From positions 4,320,001 through 4,384,000 of the forward strand of contig OY781964.1 of NCBI GenBank assembly GCA_963677485.1: a stretch of DNA of 64,000 nt, given 5' to 3'. This DNA is from Armatimonadota bacterium. GTDB lineage: Bacteria; Armatimonadota; HRBIN16. Shown in pieces: positions 1-8,574 of the stretch (positions are counted from its first letter, which is position 1; every line of letters begins with the position of its first letter). Below the pieces are notes generated by a model. The model was not told the origin of the DNA. It did not search any database and worked only from the letters and a program-made list of their open reading frames with translations. Both the position numbers and the translations under genes were made by a program.

Positions 1-2
1 AT

Positions 3-50
3 GGCGACTGCCTCTGGCTGCTGGACAAGGCCGCCGCCAGCGAGCTGTAG
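3..50 (+). CDS. 3' end of a gene entering from the left edge, probably 6-phosphogluconolactonase/glucosamine-6-phosphate isomerase family
   Basis: Frame 3 reads GDCLWLLDKAAASEL-stop (TAG 48-50). 'W(L/F)LDxAAAxxL' is the typical Pgl/NagB-family C-terminus. Only 15 residues are visible. Confidence 0.55.
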   Translation, partial: GDCLWLLDKAAASEL

Positions 51-83
51 AGGGGCGGGTGCTGCTCACCGGCTCCTTCACCA

Positions 84-136
84 CCGCGCCCTGAAGGACA
101 CGGCTTATTATCCGACAAGTCGGCTGAAGCCGTCTA
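84..136. repeat. REP-like short palindromes with TGAA loops
   Basis: ccgcgccc-tgaa-ggacacgg and gtcggc-tgaa-gccgtc are imperfect hairpins directly after the stop codon of the upstream gene. Confidence 0.4.
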
Positions 137-298
137 CCGGTATTTTGCTGTTCAATCAAGGTTTGATCGCTTACCAATACACCGCAACTCGTTTCAACGG
201 GTATTTCATATAAGACAACGCAATGCATTCCCTGCTAAAATAAAGAATGGGACTTGCTTATTACAACTGAGTGGACTCAGAGAAATCAGAAAAAAGTA

Positions 299-910
299 AT
301 GTCACAAGAAAAAAATGAACTAGCTAATCGTGCTATATGCGCATTTAGCTCAATATCTACGGTCATTCTTGGACGCCAGATCTGCCAGCTAGCGTTAGTT
401 GTTCGTGACATGAACGCTGAGTATACAATGCATATTGAGTTCGCGACCGTTGAGAATGACATGCTATCGTGTTATATGGAATGCAATTATCGTACTGAGT
501 TAGCTTACGAAACTGAGACCTATAACCTCGACCTGCCAATGGATGATGGCACGGTTGAGGAACAGCATCTCGATGATTGTATATGGCCTAAAGTAGCTGC
601 TTATAGACGCTCTATTGATCTTGAAGAGGAAGGTGATAATGTAAGGCAAAGCATTATTTCGGCGTTGCATATTACCTGCTCAGCAATAGAGAAAACCAAG
701 TCGGATGTTTGGAACTGTGTGGAGTTCCCCTTGGTATTGTGTTTCATTGACATAGACACTAAATACCATGTCCACGTTCAAGTCGATAAGGATACAGTGC
801 AGCCCGAAAATGGGATCGCATTTGAAGCCTCCGGTTACATAGTTGCATCTTTTCAGTCAAGTAGCACACCCTATCTGATTGTTGAACACAGAAGGTTACT
901 CATCGCATAA
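299..910 (+). CDS. Hypothetical protein, AT-rich
   Basis: ORF 254..910, with ATG at 299 (MSQEKNELANR) the more likely start. Composition is visibly more AT-rich than the neighbouring genes. No recognisable motif. Confidence 0.55.
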   Translation: MSQEKNELANRAICAFSSISTVILGRQICQLALVVRDMNAEYTMHIEFATVENDMLSCYMECNYRTELAYETETYNLDLPMDDGTVEEQHLDDCIWPKVAAYRRSIDLEEEGDNVRQSIISALHITCSAIEKTKSDVWNCVEFPLVLCFIDIDTKYHVHVQVDKDTVQPENGIAFEASGYIVASFQSSSTPYLIVEHRRLLIA

Positions 911-1210
911 GTCCTACAACATTATGCTGCCTGTGCATTGTCTGTGGGATCGTCCTTTTTACAGATGCTCCCAAGATATATCAAGAGGTAACGGCAACGG
1001 TGATAGCGACTACGAACGTTGGTGGTCAGCGTATATACACATTTGGACATTCACATGCGTGTAATGGCCCCTGCTTAGTCGTAGTTCATCAAGTTTTTTC
1101 GCTTGCTTATTCCGGTTGCTGGGTAGCCTAAGCAACAGGATGATCAGTCAGTAAAAAACAACACATGAATGATAGGTATATGGCCTCCGATTCCGCGACA
1201 TAAATGTCTC

Positions 1211-1319
1211 GGCTATTGACTTGCCAAGCCTGCTGAAGCAGTCTGGGACTAGCATTAGCGCTCACTTTACAGGGCGAATCCCTGCAGCCTGCTTCAGCAG
1301 GTTTGGCAAGTCAATAGCC
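1211..1319. repeat. Long inverted repeat (REP doublet/MITE-like)
   Basis: ggctattgacttgccaagcctgctgaagcag (1211-1241) pairs with ctgcttcagcaggtttggcaagtcaatagcc (1289-1319): 31-bp arms with one mismatch. Confidence 0.85.
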
Positions 1320-1358
1320 ATGTACTATAGCGCTTGGTATGGCGGAATGTAATGATTT

Positions 1359-2279
1359 TCACCGCGTCACCGGCTGGCAACTGATGATCTTCACCGGCAG
1401 CGTCCGCACGAGACGAGCCGTATTCCTGCCCAGCTCTACCTCGTAAATCGCGCTCTTATCAGCACCAAATAGCCGACCGTCCCACACAAACGCCCCTGCG
1501 CTGTAGATGATCGGCTTGCCTTTGTATATCTCGGTGGGCTGCAAGACATGCGGATGGTGGCCTATGACGAGGTCGGCCCCTGCGTCGATGCATTGGCGCG
1601 CGATGGCCCGCTGGTGTTCCGTGGGCTTCTTCATATACTCCACACCCCAGTGAAGGGAGACCACCAGTGTGTCGCACTTCCGGCTGGCGGTTTTGATCTG
1701 CTCGCTCAGCTCATCGGGCTCCAGTCCTGCGATGGTGGGCTTGTCCGACAGCCGTACCACGCCGTCGGAAGGCATGTCGGAGTAGGCCAGAAATCCGATT
1801 TTCAGCGACTTGCAGTGTATGATCTTCAGTTCCAAGGCCTCGCTGCGGTTGTTTCCAGCACCGACTGGTGTGATTCCTGCCGATTTCAGGGCGGAGATGG
1901 TATCGGTGAGTGCCTCTCGCCCGTAATCGAGCGTGTGGTTGTTGGCCACTGAGACCACATCAAAGCCGTTGGCTTTGAGTGTGTTTGCGCATTTTGGATC
2001 GGCTCTGAATAGGAACTTTCTGCGCCTGGGCACCCCGCGCAGGGAGAGCGGGCACTCCAGGTTACAGAAGGCGATGTCGGCTCCACTGATGGTGTTCTTC
2101 ACGTGAGTGAACAGCCAGTCCGCACCGTGCCTCTCGATCTGCTTGCCCACACCTCTGGCGAAAAGAATGTCACCCACAGCCACCAATTTGACAGTGTCGT
2201 GTCTGATGGATTCTCCACCAGACACGACACATATGGCCATGAGTGCCAGGCACATCGCGGATAGATGCCGAATTAGCAT
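1359..2279 (-). CDS. CapA family (PGA_cap) metallophosphoesterase, secreted
   Basis: Motifs AVGDI, NLECP, SVANNHTLDYG, SLHWGVEY, GADLVIGHHPHV and IIYS; N-terminal signal peptide. Confidence 0.92.
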   Translation of the reverse strand: MLIRHLSAMCLALMAICVVSGGESIRHDTVKLVAVGDILFARGVGKQIERHGADWLFTHVKNTISGADIAFCNLECPLSLRGVPRRRKFLFRADPKCANTLKANGFDVVSVANNHTLDYGREALTDTISALKSAGITPVGAGNNRSEALELKIIHCKSLKIGFLAYSDMPSDGVVRLSDKPTIAGLEPDELSEQIKTASRKCDTLVVSLHWGVEYMKKPTEHQRAIARQCIDAGADLVIGHHPHVLQPTEIYKGKPIIYSAGAFVWDGRLFGADKSAIYEVELGRNTARLVRTLPVKIISCQPVTR

Positions 2280-4477
2280 CCGCTGCTGAAGGCCTCGAAG
2301 TTGTTGTCAAGCTTCTTTTTCGGTTCGGTAAAGAAGCTCTTGATCCAGTCCGCCAGCGTCGGTGTCTTTCCAGATTTCAGCATCTTTTGCCAGGCCTCGT
2401 CGGTCAGCCTGTTGGATGCCGGCCATTCGAACTCATAGTGAGTATATACAGCTCCGCGTGTCAGGTAGAGTTTGCCTTGTATGGGCACCACCACATAGAT
2501 GGCGGAAGCCCGTCCGGTGGCCTCCTCCAGGCAGGTGCCAGTGCTGCCATCGGTGTGGGTGTCGGCGATTAACGCCATGTCCTTATCGGCGTCGCTCAGC
2601 AGGTCACCGCCCGAGAAGGAGATCACCAACGACTCCAACTCGGCGCCATACAGGCATATCTGGTCGTATTCTTCCTTCGTCACGGTTTTGCCGGTCAGCT
2701 CTTTGACGGTGATCTTGCGGCAGAAGCTTAACCAGTCATCCATTCGAGTGAACTTATCTTTCATTTCCTCATTAAGCAAGCCGCGGCTGTTGAGCCCGTC
2801 CTTAGTGTATTTGTTCAGCCACTGCAACCGCGTCCAGAACTCCAGGTTCGGCTCCACATATCCCTTAGGCGTAGGCGGGGCTTCAGAATCGCCGCCGCAT
2901 TCGGACACGCTCTGTTTCGCATACAAGATGGTGTCATGCCTGAGTTCCGTCCAGGAACCGAGTGCTGTGAACAGTGATTTATCCAGCCATGCGTCGTTTG
3001 TCATGAACGAGGGATAACCCTTGGGCGAGGGTTCCACCACAGACTGCAGCGACCATAACCATCCGTAATACAGGTTCGACTGCCATTTACTGCGTGGTGT
3101 CTCGGCCATCTCCTTGCGCATCTTGGCCATCTGCAGGTCGTAGTTCGGAAACTTCTCCACCTTGTAGTAATTCTTTAAGTGGCTCAACGCACGGTCTGAC
3201 CCCATGGCGGCGAAGATATCCAGCCCTCGGGGGATACCCCTGCCGGTGACGAGATCATCAGTCATTTGCCTCATGATGCGCGAATCGGGGATGAACCGCT
3301 GTCCCATGAATCGGAATTGCGAGCCACCAGTTCCCGCGCCGTTATCGATCCCAGGTGCTGGCAGCTTACTGACCTCTACGTTGAACTGGCTGAGTTTTGA
3401 TTGCTCCGCGAACTGATTGGCATTGGCGTTCTTGCCATAAACCTTCTCTAGTATCTTGCTGTACTGGCTATAGGTGAAATCATCCGCCGTGCCCACATAG
3501 AATGCGGTGGGCTCGTAGATCATGTCCCAGAGCTTCAACGCTGGCGTGCCGTCTATAGACGCGGTTTGGAGGGCTTTTGTCATCAGCATCGCTTGCAGGT
3601 TGGCTCTGAGCTCTTTAGCTGGAAATGGGGAGAGGCCGTACCACATCATAGCCATGAAATACTTCTTCAACTTGGGGCTGCGGGTGTAGTGCCCGCGCGG
3701 TACAAACTGGCTGAAGTCCATCTTGGCACCCGTTACACTAGATGGTGTGATGCCAGAGTGCTTAGCGATCAGTTTTAAATCCGCGTTCGCCATGGGATTG
3801 GCATCTTTCGTGGCTCCAGCAAGCAGTGCTTTCCCTACGGTGAAGAAGGCCACATTGCGGGCTGCGGCATCTATGAGTTCGGCACGGCTCACCGTCGATA
3901 ACTGCTTTTTGGATGCCTCCAGCATGGAAGTGGTGAGTTTGGCAGCCGCATCGGACAGCTTACCGGATTCAACCTCGCGCAGGGTGTAGTCATAAAACAC
4001 GTGGTAAGTGTGAAGCATGCTGTCCGAGGTGATGAATGAGGGTATCTTCTCAGGACGCTGGTATTCGTTGTTTTCATAGACATAGAAAATCTGGGTATAG
4101 TCCGTCGGGGTGACCACAAAACTGTTCTTCGTCAGCAGCGAACTCATCTTGGGATCCAGCAATTTCTTGAATAGCTTCAAGTTCTGCACGTTCGACAGGT
4201 CAGCTTTCACGGTATATGCGGGTATGGCTGGTTTTATCTTCCCAATATCAGCAGCTAAGCCGTCGTAGCTGCCTGCCGAGGCGAAAGAAGAAGGCTTGAC
4301 CTCCTTAGTGGGCGATTGAGTCTCCGCCTTGGGTGCCGGGGTGGACACCTGTGCGAGCTGAACGGGTGGCTTCGAACTTGCAACCGGTCTTGGCTTCGGT
4401 CCGTTGAGGGCATACATCAACCCAGAGATGACCAATATTACAAGTACCACGAATGCAACAGCGACATGCTTCTTCAT
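2273..4477 (-). CDS. DUF3160 domain protein, membrane-anchored or secreted
   Basis: Motifs FITSDSMLHTYH, DFSQFVPRGHYT, LGSWTELRHDTILYAKQS, GYVEPN, RGAVYTHYEF and RLTDEAW; N-terminal TM helix. Start placed at MKKHVAV (4477) after an AAGGAG-like site. Confidence 0.85.
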   Translation of the reverse strand: MKKHVAVAFVVLVILVISGLMYALNGPKPRPVASSKPPVQLAQVSTPAPKAETQSPTKEVKPSSFASAGSYDGLAADIGKIKPAIPAYTVKADLSNVQNLKLFKKLLDPKMSSLLTKNSFVVTPTDYTQIFYVYENNEYQRPEKIPSFITSDSMLHTYHVFYDYTLREVESGKLSDAAAKLTTSMLEASKKQLSTVSRAELIDAAARNVAFFTVGKALLAGATKDANPMANADLKLIAKHSGITPSSVTGAKMDFSQFVPRGHYTRSPKLKKYFMAMMWYGLSPFPAKELRANLQAMLMTKALQTASIDGTPALKLWDMIYEPTAFYVGTADDFTYSQYSKILEKVYGKNANANQFAEQSKLSQFNVEVSKLPAPGIDNGAGTGGSQFRFMGQRFIPDSRIMRQMTDDLVTGRGIPRGLDIFAAMGSDRALSHLKNYYKVEKFPNYDLQMAKMRKEMAETPRSKWQSNLYYGWLWSLQSVVEPSPKGYPSFMTNDAWLDKSLFTALGSWTELRHDTILYAKQSVSECGGDSEAPPTPKGYVEPNLEFWTRLQWLNKYTKDGLNSRGLLNEEMKDKFTRMDDWLSFCRKITVKELTGKTVTKEEYDQICLYGAELESLVISFSGGDLLSDADKDMALIADTHTDGSTGTCLEEATGRASAIYVVVPIQGKLYLTRGAVYTHYEFEWPASNRLTDEAWQKMLKSGKTPTLADWIKSFFTEPKKKLDNNFEAFSSGC

Positions 4478-4482
4478 GCGGT

Positions 4483-5169
4483 TTACCTTGTGATCTCCTT
4501 CCACATGGTGGGTTTGGCACTGCCGATCCAGTCAAACCCAAATGAACTCCATCTGTAAATCCCTATGCGTTGCGGCTTGCCGGGTGATACTTCTATGGCC
4601 AGCAATTCCGCCCAGCCGTCCTTATTGATATCACGGACATCGAAGTCAATGAACCGCCTGCTGAGGCGGCTTCCCAGCCACTTCGGAGACATTCGGCTTC
4701 CTGTCCACGAGTAGACAAAGCATCTTTTTGCCATTATCGGGTCTCTAGGGCTCTTTTTCCACACCCCTGTGATGATTTCCTTGTGGCCGTCACCATCGAC
4801 ATCGGCCACACGCAGCTTCCATGGGTTGAGTTGCTTTTGTGACCAGACTGGACGGAAGATGACTTGCGTCTTCTGCATGACGATCACCTTGCCGCCCAAA
4901 GGGTGGTTGTTTTCGATGCTCTTGCAGGTGATCGCGATGAGTTCAGAGCGGCCGTCGTGGTCAAGGTCGGTCTGAACCGCACTTAGCACCCTGCCTTCGG
5001 CACCATACCCAAGCACCCGTTGGGCCAGTGCCACGGGACTAATTAAAGCCGCGACGCAGATGCTGCCTGCACACATGACCAGCATCATGCAGAGAGCTAT
5101 AGTAAACCTCAAGTGCCACACCGTCCTGCCATGATCTAGACTGATTATACCGTATACACGCAACGACAT
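4483..5169 (-). CDS. Secreted FG-GAP/VCBS-like repeat protein
   Basis: Three DxDxDGxxE-type motifs (DLDHDGRSE, DVDGDGHKE, DINKDGWAE) and a hydrophobic N-terminal segment. The true start is uncertain and probably downstream of 5169. Confidence 0.7.
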   Translation of the reverse strand: MSLRVYGIISLDHGRTVWHLRFTIALCMMLVMCAGSICVAALISPVALAQRVLGYGAEGRVLSAVQTDLDHDGRSELIAITCKSIENNHPLGGKVIVMQKTQVIFRPVWSQKQLNPWKLRVADVDGDGHKEIITGVWKKSPRDPIMAKRCFVYSWTGSRMSPKWLGSRLSRRFIDFDVRDINKDGWAELLAIEVSPGKPQRIGIYRWSSFGFDWIGSAKPTMWKEITR

Positions 5170-5282
5170 ATACGCATTGGGGCGTAAATGTGAGCAGAAA
5201 TGCTAAGTTGGGATTTATGTGACGGGAGGTTTGCCTTATCGCCGCGAGGAATATGACCATCCATAGTAAACCGGTGTCAGCT

Positions 5283-5322
5283 AAATAAAAAACACTCGGC
5301 TGGCCAGATGGCCAGCCGAGTG
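5283..5322 (-). terminator. Intrinsic terminator downstream of hpf
   Basis: Perfect palindrome cactcggctggcca/tggccagccgagtg, followed on the minus strand by TTTTTTATTT. Confidence 0.85.
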
Positions 5323-5344
5323 ATGATCTGCGGTAATTGAACCG

Positions 5345-5923
5345 TTAGTTACGCGGTATTATAATCCCATAACTACCATCCTTACGTTGGTAGATCACTT
5401 GGAACTGGTCACTTTCAGCCTCGCGGAAGAGGTAGAAGTCATGGCCTAGCATCTCCATATTGAGTGCGGCATCCTCCTGGCTCATAGGCTTCAATTCGAA
5501 ATGTTTCTGTCTTGCAATGCGAAATTGCTTACTAGACTCATTACTATCGCTCTTAACATTAGCTGTCGGCTCGATGTCCTCCAGTGCGAGTAGTAGTTCA
5601 CCATCAAGATGGTGGTTGGCCTCCCGTCGGCCTGCGATCGCTCGGAAGCGTTTGCCCTTAAATCTGAGGAGACGAGTTTCCAAGTGGCTGACCGTCTCAT
5701 CAATGGCTATGCGCAGATCAGGATTTGATTCCTCCGCTCGAAGCACCAATCCGTGCCCCTCCACAGTGATTTCGATTGTGTGGCTTTCACGCACCGCCTC
5801 ATGCACAACGGTCGCCTCGTCGATTCCTTTGAAGTGTGAAGTGAGTTTCATGACGGCTTGCTGTGCGTAGTCTCTCAGGGTAGCTGGTAGGGTTCCTGCG
5901 GCATCTCTTGTAGTGACAACCAT
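5345..5923 (-). CDS. hpf: Ribosome hibernation promoting factor, long form (RaiA/HPF)
   Basis: N-terminal S30AE-like domain (LRAEESNPDLRIAIDETVSHLETRLLRFKGK) and C-terminal domain (KHFELKPMSQEDAALNMEMLGHDFYLF...VIYQRKDGSYGII). Start at ATG 5923 after GGAGG. Confidence 0.92.
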   Translation of the reverse strand: MVVTTRDAAGTLPATLRDYAQQAVMKLTSHFKGIDEATVVHEAVRESHTIEITVEGHGLVLRAEESNPDLRIAIDETVSHLETRLLRFKGKRFRAIAGRREANHHLDGELLLALEDIEPTANVKSDSNESSKQFRIARQKHFELKPMSQEDAALNMEMLGHDFYLFREAESDQFQVIYQRKDGSYGIIIPRN

Positions 5924-6109
5924 CGTAGTGCCCTCCGAATTACTGTGTAATACACACTCCTGTAAAGAAGTGTGTATTAGGTATACCCTCTGCAGCCAGA
6001 AAATGATAGTGGGTATAGCGTTGTATTCCGTCCAAGGTTTAGAAACTGGCATAAATGTGTGCTATAGTTATCACATAAGAACCACCCTAAGATACTGGAG
6101 AAGACAACC

Positions 6110-7486
6110 ATGAGATTCGCCAGATCCATTACTTTAATGCTTGCCGCAACAGGATTATGCTGCTGGCAGACCGACGCTCGTAGCCAGGAGGTGACCCCGA
6201 AAATGCGCGCACTGATCGCAAAGACACAGTCATTTGGACTGACCCGATTTCCCATTAGTTTCTGGAGCTACACAAACCTGAAAGAACACGGGAAGCACAT
6301 GACCGAGGATGAGGTGAAATCCTGGGCAGACGCAGGGTTTACAGTGCCTCAAAGCTCTAGTTTTGACCCAAAGGACGCAGCACAGATGTCACAGATGCAC
6401 AAGATATTGGGCTGGGCAAAGAAATATGAAATGAAGATGGTGGTATGCGACCCGCGTGGCTATGCTCAGAAAGGCTCTGACGGTATACCTCCCAAGCAAT
6501 ATGCGGAAGGCATCCGCGAGGCTGTGGCCGATTTTGGCAAGGATCCGGCCTTGTTTGGCTTCCACATTGGTGATGAGCCTGATGCTGAAATGAAGAACAG
6601 CTTCTTTGAGTGTTACCGGATACAAAAGGCGATCGCTCCGAACCTTCATCCGTTTGCCAATCTGCTGCCATATTTTACAGGCGCTGAATTGAGGGCAGGC
6701 ACAGATACCTGGCCTAACTATCTGGACGAATATGCTAAAAAGAGCAACGCAGACTTGCTGGGTTACGACCATTACGCACAGATGAACCCAGGAGAGGGTG
6801 GCATCCACGAGTATTACAGAAACCTGAAGCTGTATCGAGAAGCGGCGTTGCGTAACGGCATCCCGTTTTGGAATACTGTGCTTTCGGTCGGGCACTACAA
6901 ATACCGGTGTCCCAACCAGGATGACCTGCGATGGCAGTTCAACACCTCCTTGGCTGCCGGTGCCAACGGCATTGTCTGGTTCTTTTATTACATGCGTCAG
7001 CCGCACGCCAACTACCGCATGTCGCCTGTGGATGAGCTTTGGGAAAAGACGCAGGGGTATTATGACCTGCGACGCATCCAAACTGGATTCCATCGGCGGT
7101 ATAAGGACCTGTTCAACCATATTGCCTCCACCCGCGTGAGCTTCGTGGGCAAGGTTTACGGTGATGGAGAAGCCTTCACACCAGATCGGTTGGTAAAGCA
7201 AGTGGAGTGCGGCAAGGACGCTCAGTTGCTTATCGGTGAGTTCGCGGACCTGCAGGGGCGGTCTTATGTGATGTTCGTGAATAACAGCATGGCCGAGAGT
7301 GAGTTTTTCAATGTGAGTTTCCCCAAAGGCACCCGTAGCTTCAGCCAGGACTGGAATGGGAAGGAGTATGAGGGAGGTGCTTATTGCGCAGGCAATGTGG
7401 ATGTGGATGAGAACGGCTGTCCAAGGCATCAGTTGATCCTGGCGCCTGGTCAAGAGGCGTTCTACCGTCTTGAGCCGGCGAAGTAG
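6110..7486 (+). CDS. Secreted hypothetical protein, probable TIM-barrel glycoside-hydrolase-like fold
   Basis: Signal peptide; motifs FGFHIGDEP, LGYDHY and LAAGANGIVWFFY, typical of GH-like proteins; C-terminal beta-sandwich-like segment. Confidence 0.7.
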   Translation: MRFARSITLMLAATGLCCWQTDARSQEVTPKMRALIAKTQSFGLTRFPISFWSYTNLKEHGKHMTEDEVKSWADAGFTVPQSSSFDPKDAAQMSQMHKILGWAKKYEMKMVVCDPRGYAQKGSDGIPPKQYAEGIREAVADFGKDPALFGFHIGDEPDAEMKNSFFECYRIQKAIAPNLHPFANLLPYFTGAELRAGTDTWPNYLDEYAKKSNADLLGYDHYAQMNPGEGGIHEYYRNLKLYREAALRNGIPFWNTVLSVGHYKYRCPNQDDLRWQFNTSLAAGANGIVWFFYYMRQPHANYRMSPVDELWEKTQGYYDLRRIQTGFHRRYKDLFNHIASTRVSFVGKVYGDGEAFTPDRLVKQVECGKDAQLLIGEFADLQGRSYVMFVNNSMAESEFFNVSFPKGTRSFSQDWNGKEYEGGAYCAGNVDVDENGCPRHQLILAPGQEAFYRLEPAK

Positions 7487-7790
7487 CTAGATTCATGCAG
7501 AACTCTGAATCAGTTCTGAGCAGGTGGTCTACCTGAACAGTCACGCAGCCTGCGGCAAAAAACGCATGGCTGCTGTGGCTATGCATCAGTTGGCGCGGAA
7601 GTCGGTATACTGGTACAAATAATTGGAATGTACAAATATCCGATATTAGTGTAATAAATAGTACAATGTATGATTTGTATATGCTACAATATTATATTCG
7701 TCAGGGAGCGCAGATATTCACAGATGATGAACCAGCAGATCATTCGGCGTGACCAAGATGAATCGAAAACCAACATGAAGGGAGATACCT

Positions 7791-8471
7791 ATGCAAGCTA
7801 GACTGAGAGTCTCGAGTATCACTTGTCTGATACTTCTTATGAGCTTCGCTGCTCAGGCTGCGGTTACGCTCACCACCAAAGCTCCTGGAGATGCCCAGTA
7901 CGCCTGGAACAGCAAGTATGGGCCGTATGGTTATACTACAGGTACAGATTCAATAGGCGTAGGCCTACAGAACAACTCCCCCTACGGTATCGACTACACC
8001 GTGTCGATTTTCATGATTCCGCTCATTGACTTGGGGGGCAAAGACATATCGAGTGCACTGCTGGAAGTGGAATCACTGGGGTTCAGCACCGGGTATTACT
8101 ATGGCTCTGCCAAAATCGGATGGTTGAATACCGGTTCAACTGTTCTTACAGGTGATGTGGAAGCTGATAAGATGGGTCCGGCAAGTTCAGGAATGCCAGG
8201 CGATTTTGTGATTTACAACAGTGATTACGGTGACACACCAGGCGTGAAGTCATTTGATGTCACTAGTTTCGTCCAACAAGATATCGCCGCCGGTCATGCT
8301 TATTCCACATTCGTGATGTCAGGATCCAGAGATACTGGTGGCTCCATTTACACCGCGGAGAGCGGTAAAGGTCCACGGATCATAGCCGTTCCGGTGCCTG
8401 AGCCAGCATCAATGGTGCTCTTAAGCGCGGGTGTAGCCAGCTTGCTACTTAAGCGTAGACGAAGAGCATAG
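7791..8471 (+). CDS. PEP-CTERM sorting domain protein
   Basis: Signal peptide and C-terminal VPEPASMVLLSAGVASLLLKRRRRA; RBS AAGGGAG. Confidence 0.92.
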   Translation: MQARLRVSSITCLILLMSFAAQAAVTLTTKAPGDAQYAWNSKYGPYGYTTGTDSIGVGLQNNSPYGIDYTVSIFMIPLIDLGGKDISSALLEVESLGFSTGYYYGSAKIGWLNTGSTVLTGDVEADKMGPASSGMPGDFVIYNSDYGDTPGVKSFDVTSFVQQDIAAGHAYSTFVMSGSRDTGGSIYTAESGKGPRIIAVPVPEPASMVLLSAGVASLLLKRRRRA

Positions 8472-8532
8472 CAGCAGTTTGTTCCCTGGTAATCGGACGG
8501 ATTCGACCGATTGGACAGATATATTGCTGAGC

Positions 8533-8562
8533 AAGTGCCCCACCAGGCGGTGGGGCACTTTT
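8533..8562. terminator. Intrinsic terminator between convergent genes
   Basis: aagtgccccacc-aggc-ggtggggcactt followed by TT, lying between the PEP-CTERM gene and gltX. Confidence 0.8.
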
Positions 8563-8574
8563 AACGTCAGCTTG

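Noticed and set aside
1-213. 70-aa ORF from the track
   Set aside because: The real coding frame is frame 3, ending at 50. The rest spans REP-like intergenic sequence.
879-1064. 61-aa ORF after the AT-rich orphan gene
   Set aside because: Short, overlaps the upstream gene, and has no RBS or motif support.
6389-7453. 354-aa antisense ORF
   Set aside because: It lies entirely opposite the signal-peptide-bearing 6110..7486 gene and has no motifs; a typical shadow ORF.
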